From Nageia nagi (lineage: Eukaryota; Plantae; Pinophyta): a stretch of DNA of 64,000 bases. The DNA lies in contig JBITNC010000001.1 in the NCBI GenBank assembly GCA_050084985.1, positions 119,288,001 to 119,352,000 of the forward strand. Reading direction: 5' to 3'. A model generated the notes under the pieces. It searched no databases. It had not been told where the DNA came from and saw only the letters and a program-made list of their open reading frames with translations. Shown here piece after piece: positions 54,471 through 64,000 of the stretch (position 1 is its first letter; the number at the start of each line of letters is the position of its first letter). Position numbers and translations under genes: made by a program.

Positions 54471-55528
54471 TGAAAAGTTGTACATTATTTTAATTGCTCT
54501 TATCATTTACTTTGATATACACTAGAATAAGAGGTAAATTTATTTTTCTTTTATGATCATACATCCCTTACAACTCCACATCCATGCTAGGATGTAATAC
54601 CTTTATCTGTTACCTCAACCATACCAAGGGCATCTATACATCACTAACCAATAATCCCCCTATCCTTTTGTAACCAAGTGCTAATGTTGATCTTAGTGTG
54701 TGCACTAGTATTAATTAACAATCTATATAAATTGTTAATGCCTTGAGGTCATCCATAATACCTTAGTAATCACCTCCAATACCTTGAAGTGTTTCTTTAC
54801 CATTTATCAAGAAAAACTCTCCAATAGGTACCTATTTATAACTTTTAACCTCATGTACAACTAACATGTTTTCCTACTAGCCATAGTTTATTTCTACCTA
54901 AACCTTTAGGGGAGGTCAAATTAGCAATAAAGGGATCATAACCAAAATCATTTCCTATCTATCAAGACATTTCCTACATTGAGTTCCTTATTAATCTTTT
55001 AACATAGTTGATGCTTTCCTATTACCTATCATCCATTGTAATATTTTAAACATTATATCACTTTACAATTTCATCTTAAATTCATTTACATCATTAAGGT
55101 GTATTTTTTTCCTTATTCTCACATTAACGTAGTCATATCAATACCTAGTTTTCAGGTAGCCAAATCATTAAATTATGATCCTACCCATAGCCATAACACA
55201 TTAAATCAAAACTAGAACCTATCATTCCTCAAAAACACCAGCATCATGCTAGGATCCTTCTACTTTTTTATATATAATTAAATCCCTTAATGCCATCATT
55301 GATTAATTTCACCTCTAAATTATCCATACTAATATATAATTAAACATTTAACATACATTATTTTAATACTTAATAACTTAAAATAACATAATACCTTAAA
55401 AATAAATTTACATAATCATTAATTCCATATTTAAGCATACATTACAATATATCTCAAATATATATTAATAAAAAATTTGATACATTATCTTTAAAATGAC
55501 CAATACATGAGCCAACTAGCTCAATAAA

Positions 55529-57480
55529 TCAATTACCTACACTCACACCACTTGTTCTACCATGATGGCTCATATCACATCCAAAACTCTTTGTCCTAGA
55601 GGTAGTCCTACTTAAACTAGGCATCTTTAGCCCAAGTTGCTCGTCCAATGCCATAAATTGTGTTTGAAGATATGCTTTCTTATTGATAAGATTTACAAAC
55701 TTTGTGGTGTGCTCCAATACATGGTCCATTATGCCTAGGTATTCCTTTTCATTTGAAGCCTCATGCATTTTCCATAATGTTTCCATGGTTTTATCCAAGG
55801 ATACTAGCCTAACCTTTAACCCATCAATCTCCCCATCCTTGGTATCCACCTTGTCCTTTAGTCTTGCTAGCTCCTCCTCAGTATGTTATCTTGCAACCTT
55901 ATTTGAGTCTATATACAACCTTATTTGATGTACAAAATCAAAAAAATGAATATATGTTAGTCACATATTATTTTTTTAAAGTAATAACTTAAAAGTAAAA
56001 AGAGTAGCATACTTACTTAATTCATTCTCAAGTATTGTCGAGTGTCTATAATAGGTATACCAATGGATGCATCCCATCCACCTTACTCCTCCAACTAAGG
56101 TGCATCCTTCATGAGCATATCTTATTTCTCTTCTTCCTCATCTTCACCTTCCTCCTCCTATTTATATGCTTATCCCTCAACCACCTTTGCTAACTACTCC
56201 AAACCATATAAATGAAGGGGATCTTGTCTTGGTCCAACCCACCATGTCAATTACTCCTAGTCAAATTAAGGTCCATCCAATGCCTCAAATTTCTCATCAT
56301 TGATATTGATTCTTGATCCATGGTATTGGGGAGGATGCCACTCTTTCTCTCATTTTGGTATCATCTGCAATATATTACAATCATATGCCATATACCTTCT
56401 TGTCCTCACTACAAATTTGCATTTAGGTATAATGTCTTACTTATAACCAAATTATCATTTTACCTTGTCTATCCTATAGTGCTCAATACATATCTTCCTC
56501 ACTTTCAAATAACAAGGAGTTTATTTCCAATATAAATCACCCCTATCTCATTTGGTCACTATGGAAAACTCATGTAGGGTTTATAGATGACATCTTTTGT
56601 AAAACCAAAATAATATGTTAGAATCCTTCAAAATCAAGTTAACCCAAATCAAAACTAAACTTGTGTGGTATATTACTTACCATCTATCAAACCATCTATC
56701 ATCTTGTAGTATGCCTACATGATCTTATGAATCCATGTGATCTTTCCTGATCTAGCCTACCTATACCATATAGGATGTTTGGTAGATATGTTATGAACTA
56801 GAAGTTCTCTTGGCTAAATCACTATGATGTGTTTATAAGCCCAACACTAAAGCATGAATGAGTGTGCCACCCTATTACCACTCTTTTGTACCATAAAAAA
56901 ATTATAAAAATCATGATATATTTAGGAAATGATATATGGAGTTCATGCATACCATATACCTTAAGTTATGTGGAACAACACATGCACCAATCCAAGTGGG
57001 AACACCTCATGGTTCTTGTTAGGATAAATAATGCTATTAATACAAGCAACCATATTCAACTGTACCTTTCAAAACCTCTTCATCTTACCTTTGAAGGTAC
57101 AATGAAGGTAGGCACCCTTCTTTGCCTCATGGTACTCCTCCAATCTTGTCAACCACTTTGTAGTACCCATGCATTTTTCATCAATCATACTCTCCACAAA
57201 ATAGATGGGGCATCCTTTTACATGCACTCGTAGAATCTTATGAATGTCCTTTGGTATGATGGTAATCTCTCTTGTAGGAAAATGGAAGGTATTCGTCCTC
57301 TCTAACCACCTTTCCATAAGGGTTGTGAGCAACTCTTTATCTAGCCATACATAAGGAGCATGAAGTTGTAACCCATATCCACATATCATAACATGTTGAG
57401 CTCATCATCAATTAGCTTGTCCTACCACACCATATACTTCTTCTAGATCTGGGACATAAGCTTGAGCTCCATCAAGAATT
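55529..57480 (-). pseudogene. PMD gene with coiled-coil tail, antisense within R1
   Basis: LDKELLTTLMERWLERTNTFHFPTREITIIPKDIHKILRV (57069-57389). Intron at about 55930-56016. Coiled-coil last exon in ORF 55529-55849. Confidence 0.85.
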
Positions 57481-58819
57481 AATAACATTATAATCATAAA
57501 AGATAAATATATGTATCAATTTATCTTGTAAATTAATTCAAATCATAAAGAAATTTTTTTATTTTATTATTATAAAGACACATTAACAATAACCACAACT
57601 AGAAACACATTTCCCTTGCCCAACAACTATTGTTTCAAACTAGTGTTAGTGCTCATGCCAACGCCTATGCTAGCCCTTCTATGGCCATTTTTTTAAAAAC
57701 TTTAGGGAAAAATATCTCTATCCACACTATTGTATAAAATTGTATTTTGATATCTAAAAACTAACACTAACTACAAATCATGGAATCCCTAGTATTAAAA
57801 CCCTTTCCATAGGGTATTTAACTAATTTTTCCTTTCTTTATCTTAATTTACCAAATTAAGTTCAAAATTACAAAACAAAGGTCCAAGAAAATTACCACAT
57901 GAGTAGAAACCTAATTATTCTAGAGCAATTATGCCTAATGGTTATCTTACTCAATAATCTTCATCCTGCAAATAAATATTAGGTTAGAATTCTTGCTACA
58001 TTAATCAAAATCAACCTAAAATAATTATATATACATAAAAATGCTTACCTCATAATCCAAACCTCTTGAATCACTCAAAGTTTCTCCACTATAACCACAC
58101 TTGTTCTCTTGTACTATATCTTAAATTCTAAATAATTAATATGAAAATAAAACCCAATTTGGCCTATTTAAAATCAAAATTAGGATACATTCTATGAGGA
58201 AGTCAATAAATGATAGCCATCTTGCATAATCATGCTTTTCAAAATATAATATTTACTCATATCTTTGAATTCAAATTTTTACCCCAAAATTGAGATATAT
58301 AATTCATTATGGCCCTTGCATCTATGTTGGCATTAGTGTCCACACTGGTCACCAACATCTACACTATTGATCCTAAACATTTACCTCCTTACCTTGCATA
58401 CATTGGCTCCTATAGTTGAATATGGTATAAAAAATACTATAGGACTAACATGGATTAGAGAATGATGTTCTTTATAGGAATGAACACATATCCAATTAAA
58501 TAATGATGAATTCCCACATGTTTGTTCTTGGGTTTGACCCATTCCACATAATATTCAACAATCCATCAGTCTTTATCAAGTATGAAAACATTATTTTCAT
58601 ATTCATAAATCATGTTACATGATGCAATTGTAATAGCACCAGAATACATTTCTATTTTGCTAGTGCCAACACTAAAGTGAGCATAAATGTTGGGATACAA
58701 AGCCATAAATTAGGTCTAATCAACATAAATTAGCATAGTGGATAAGATACAAGATGTATTTTTATCCTTATCTATACTTTGCATTCAATAACATGCATGA
58801 TTGGGAAACAAATCAATCA

Positions 58820-59220
58820 TCTTGGAGTCACCTTTGCTAGTTGGGTTTTAACTAACCATCACCTTTAAATCATAATTAAGAATGGGGCATGTACCTCATG
58901 ATGATGATAATATATCATGTATACATCTAAGAATGGAACATGTACCTCACAATGATGCATGGCATATCTCTTAGAGTCACCTTTGTTGGTTGGGTCTCAA
59001 ATAACCTCCATATTTGAGTCACATCCTTCATTGGTTGGGTCTAAACTAACTATAACCATGCTAGTCCTTTATTATTCATATGTTGCATCTAGAAATGGGG
59101 TGTGTGCCTCATGATGATGTTAACATATATGGTTTTGATTATATATGTTCCATATAGGAATGGGTATGTAGCCCATGATGATGTATACAAACCTTTCTCA
59201 TGACTTTGTATGTATGCATC
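58820..59220. repeat. Interleaved short repeats in the R1 3' region
   Basis: aagaatggggcatgtacctcatgatgat four times and gagtcacctttgttggttgggtct three times, both degenerate. Confidence 0.75.
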
Positions 59221-59229
59221 TAAGAATAA

Positions 59230-62200
59230 AATATTAAGTATTTTTGCATTTGGTGTTTGTAAGATGATGTGTTCATATTATATTAATTTCATCCTTACTC
59301 CATTACTTATGTTGTAATTATTTTATGATTAGGTTTAAAAATTTTGATTTGTTAATTTGTATTTGGTGAAATGTTTAATAGAATAGCTTACATAGTTTTA
59401 CAGATCACATGGTATCAAACAAAGTGTTGACAATTCAAATTGGAAATTATGAATGCAAGGTAGAAGGTCTCAAAGAGGTGAGTTATTTCTTATCAACCTT
59501 CAGATTGGAAGGATGCATATGATAAAAAATTTCATGGAAGAGTAGGAAGGAAGATAAGTTATAACATATTTTGATTTAAATTTTGAATTTGAGAGGAGAT
59601 CTCTTGCAATAAAGAGTAATATGACTAGGATCATGGAGTTACTGCAAGGTAGAAAAAGCATAGAGGATCCAAGGATACCTAAGTTTTATAGAATACTAGT
59701 TAATGATGTTGGACTTCTCATGCCACTACATCATTATAATTAAAGGTAGAGGTTAAATTTGAAATCCCTACTTCTAAAGGAGAGATAGATTTTGAGAAGC
59801 TCAATAATTGATTAATAAAACTTGAGATATATTTTTAGATTTAATGTATTGATAAAAATATTAAAAAAAAAAAATCATTTGCAAGATTAAAATGGTATTT
59901 TATGCATTGATTTTATGTAAAAGTAATGTTGAATCCCTTAAGCATGAGAACCAACCATCTATATTTTCTTGGGATCAATTCAAGAATCTATTAAGAGATC
60001 AATTCTATTATTTGGGTCATCATAATAAGCAATTAATGAAATGAAAATTTTATCACCTACAAAGAGGGTAATCAGTCCAAGAATACACTACAAAATTTAG
60101 AATACAACAAATTTTTATGGGTATTTCTCTTAAGGATTACCAAATTTTGATGAAGTATATTGGAGGATTGAATATTCATTTACAAAACCTTATTATGTTG
60201 TTTAATATTACTTTCACCAAGTTTATGTGCAAACTAAATATTTGGAAGAAGGGAAGCAAAAAACCATTATGGGAACTCCAAGAACAATTCAAACAATAAG
60301 GGACACCAATAAAAAGGAAAATATGAAAATAAAGATAAAGGTAAAGACAAACAACAAGAAAAGAAAACTAACAATACTACTAAGAAGGAGACTAATAGTA
60401 GGCATTTATCACATTGTGATATTAAGGGTGGACATGTTTATAATAAATGTTGGAAGTTTCATCCTAAATCATATCTCTATAAGAGGAAGAAGAATCTAGA
60501 AAAGAAGAATGTAATGGTTACCAAGAATGAGGATAGTTCATATTCTAATGAACTCAATTGTACATCATACTAAATAGTTGGAGATGAGAAGGATATTGAA
60601 GAAAATAGGACTCAACTATTTCATTTCCAAGTTCCAAATCGGTAATTTGAAATTTGATTCTATTTTATTTCTTTTTTATCAAACTTATTTGATTTCTAAA
60701 AGTTTAATGAAGGGATTAGGACTAAAGATGTACAATCATCCATACCCATATCCTCTTGGATGGGTACATCAAGATGCCAAATTATAAGCTATGAAATAAT
60801 GTAATTTTTAATTTATCATAAATATCAAATATCATGATGAGATGATAATTGATGTTGTTCTTTTAGAAATATGTGGTGTTATGTTTGGAAATCCATATTT
60901 TTGGGATAGATATGCTCTTTTTTATATGAGTAAAAGTTAATATAGGTTGATCAAGGAAGGAAATTCCTACACCATTCATGTTGATAAAAGTGAAAAATAT
61001 GTACCCTTGGTGATTGTAAGCATGATGAATATACTAGTAAATGTAAGCAAGAAGTTCATTTTTCTAATGGCTAGAGCCAAAAAATATGGATCAATGAGAT
61101 GCATGGTGCTAATGCCCTTTTCTTGTAATTCCATAATGCACACATCATTTAATTATTAGGATCAAATGCATATAGTTTTAAATGAGTTTCAAGAGGTATT
61201 TGTAGATCCATCAATATTACCACCTAAGTGGAATATTCAACATGAAATTTAGTTACTACTTGATTCCCCTCTTCCTAATATAGGATTGTATAGGTAATCA
61301 ATTTTGAAGTAAGAGGAGATCAAGAATCAGATTCAAGATCTTATTAATAAGGGTGTGATAAAACCTAGTAGATCACCATGTAGGTCACTTATTATTTTGG
61401 TTCCAAAGATGGATGGTTCATAGAATATGTGCATTGATTATAAGGCTTTGAATAAGATCATCATTTAGAATTGTTATCCATTACCTCAAATAGATGACAT
61501 TATTGAACAATTGTAAGAGGAAAGATTATTTTCTAAGCTATATTTGAGGAGTGATTATCATTTAGTGAGGATTAAAGAGGAAGATATTTAAAAAATAGCC
61601 TTTAAAAAAATATAAGGCCTATTTTAGTATTTATTTTACCTTTTTGTTTATGTAATGCACCAACTACTTTTATGAGGGTAGTGAATGAAGTCCTTAGAGA
61701 TTTTATTGATTCTTTTGTTGATGTATACTTGGATGATATACTTATATATAGTTATACATGGGAATATCATTTGATACATCTTAGAGTAAATGTAAATTTG
61801 AAATAAATTAAATTTGATCTTTGATGTATATAGGCCACATTATTGGTGGTGAAAAACTCAAAATAGATCTTAAAAAAGTATGAGTCATTGTGGATTTGCC
61901 AAAGCCAAGGAATGTGAAAGAAATATAGAGTTTTTTAAGGGATTTCTAATATTTGAGAAAGTTTATTATTGATTTCTTTAATATTATTTTACCAATGGAT
62001 GGGATTTTTACAATGCTTTCATTTGGTGCTTAAAGATAAGGAAGTACAAATAAGATTATTGACATGATTTCCAGATCCACAAATGCAACAATAAAAGAAC
62101 TAATGCCCTTGTTTGAGAACACAATTCTCACACTAATCCAATAGTGAGATTTTATAAATCTAATACTAATGTAATTTTGTCAATTTGTTTAGGAAGCTTA

Positions 62201-62990
62201 TTTGTAGGATTCTAATTTTAGAGAGTTGTATCAAAAGTTGAAACAATCATTTATAATAAGTGAAGGTGTAGATGAGCATCATATTATTGATGGACTTCTT
62301 TGTAATATGAATTTATTATGTGTTCCTAAAAAATGAAAGAGTTAAGTTGATTAGAGGAGAAAATATATCAAAAATTATTGAGAATTTTGGATTTGGAAAG
62401 ACAATTACAAATTTGTAAAGGTATGTGTATTGCTCCAATATGCAAGATCAAGTTGCAAAATACATTCAAGGATGCATCTTGTCTTATACCAATAAGCTAA
62501 GTAACATGAAATGGGGTTTGTATCATCCATTTTCAATTCCTAATCATCCTTGGGAGAGTATCTCAATGGATTTTATGGGTGGATTACCTATGACTAAAAG
62601 AGATCATGATTATTTATTTTTTATAATAGATCATTTTAAAAATATGTGTTTTTTGATTCCATGTAAGAAGATTATTACAAGAAAAGAAGCTTTATATAAT
62701 TTCCTTTACTCATGTTTGGGTTCATTTTGGTTTTCCTAATTCAATTATTTCATATAGGGATTTAATATTTTTAGGCAAATTTTAAACTTTTTTGTGGGAG
62801 AAAATGGATATGAATTTGAAAAGGAGTATTGATTTGCATCCTCTAATAGATGGCTAAACTAAAGTGGTAAGTAAAATCATTGCTAAACTTTTGAGAGGCT
62901 ATTTTGATAATAATTCTAATACTTTAGATGATCATATTGTTTACATCCAATATGCATATAGTAGGGAAATTCATACTTCTACAAGTAAAT
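59230..62990 (+). mobile_element. R5: CRM-like chromoviral Ty3/gypsy remnant, 3' truncated
   Basis: PBS-Met tggtatca at 59410, gag KVEVKFEIPTSKGEIDFEKLNN, protease HPYPYPLGWV, RT VYLDDILI at about 61724, integrase PNHPWESISMDFMGGLP. RNase H mostly missing. Confidence 0.85.
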
Positions 62991-62995
62991 AACCA

Positions 62996-63795
62996 CAATA
63001 AAAATAGTTTACAAAAAAAAATTCATCATTCTTTAAACAATATAAATTCTTCTACTTCTATATGGTGACATCTTAGTTGAAGATAATTCCTTGCAATGAC
63101 AGTTTAGTGTACAAGATCATCATGAAAAATTGTTTAATTATAACAAATATTATTTGAACCAAGTACAAAATTTGAATGACTATTTCTATGAAAAAGATAC
63201 ACTAGATTTATTGCTACACTTTAACCAAAAATTCTAATAAATTATAACAAGTATGACTTGAACTAGATACAAATCTGAATGATTATTTCTATGAAAGAGA
63301 TTACCTAGATTGATAGCTACATCTTAGCTAAAGATAATACCAATAAAAGTAGTTTATAAGAAATAGAATAATTATCCATCATTCTTTATATAATGTAAAT
63401 TCTTCTATGTCTAGATGGTAACATCTTAGTTAAAGATAATCCCTTGAAATGATAGCTTAGTGTGCAAGATCATCATAAAAAAATTAAAATTATAACAGAT
63501 ATGATTTGAACCAGTACAAATCTGAATGACTATTTTATGAAAAGGATAAACTAGATCTATTATTACACTAACCAAAAATTCTCTTAAATTATAACAAGTA
63601 TGATCTGAACCAAATACAAATCTCAATAATTATTTCTATAAAAAGGGTTCCTAGATAGATAGCTACATCAAGGTAACCCCATAAAAATAGTTCACAAAAA
63701 AAGAAAAAAAATTATCCATTATTCTTTATATAATGTAAAAAATTCTAGTTGATGGTAACATCTTAGATGAAGATAATCATTTGCAAGGATAGTTA
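62996..63795. repeat. Tandem repeat of about 345 bp, 2.3 units, with internal subrepeat of about 100 bp
   Basis: Units start at about 62996, 63341 and 63680 (ataaaa.tagtt...gatggtaacatcttag.tgaagataat). Confidence 0.85.
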
Positions 63796-64000
63796 ATAAA
63801 AAATTCCTCATTGTTTATATACTGATAGATTCTTTTACAAGTTGAGACTATTATACAGTTGTATCTAGATGTGAACCCTCCCTACAACGATGGAGGAAGC
63901 ATATGCACTGCCAGACATCGAAATACTTATTCATCTGCAGTCAGCCATCTGGGAATTTTATTTATATATTATTTTGTACCCATAGTAAAATAATATAATG

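Larger units (their letters stand above)
10687..59220 (+). mobile_element. R1: Tat/Ogre-type LTR retroelement derivative (gag plus antisense PMD, no pol seen); host of R2 and R4; 3' end not found
   Basis: LTR-type start tgttgacacc at 10687. Gag-like ORF is split at the R2 TSD (12198/51162) and the R4 TSD (51968/53292). Decayed CxxHxxxxHxxxxC knuckle at about 54210, PMD on the minus strand, 3' tandem repeats at 58820-59220. Confidence 0.6.

Noticed and set aside
58820-59220. Repeat-spacer pattern resembling a CRISPR array
   Set aside because: Repeats are degenerate, spacing is irregular, there are no cas genes and the context is eukaryotic. Typical 3' tandem repeats of Tat elements.

Overview
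Very AT-rich eukaryotic repeat desert, most likely from a large plant genome (gymnosperm-like; inferred from the element families and the strong CpG depletion). No intact host gene is visible. The window is a stack of decayed, nested transposons whose boundaries can be read from TSDs. R1 is a Tat/Ogre-type Ty3/gypsy derivative with gag plus an antisense PMD gene and no visible pol (from 10687). It is interrupted by R2, a full Tat-type element (12199-51156, TSD CCTAT), and by R4, a TRIM-like LTR-LTR element (51969-53286). R2 in turn contains R3, a 19 kb minus-strand Ogre/Tat element (14514-33594, TSD CATAT), and S2, an 11.3 kb DNA transposon (36886-48158). R5, a CRM-like chromovirus remnant, follows (about 59230-62990). 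The most notable item is S2. It has 25-bp TIRs starting GGG, a 4-bp TSD and a spliced Sola2-like DDD transposase (WxDNCxGxFKN ... HGKGEHDG ... ACFC). It also carries two multi-exon opposite-strand genes of unknown family and a telomere-repeat / C-tract / tRNA-Lys module. A second, diverged copy (S1) at the window start shares the transposase plus ORF2 layout, which suggests a giant multi-gene plant Sola2-like family. All coding regions are pseudogenised. Family assignments rest on motifs recognised by eye, not on database searches.
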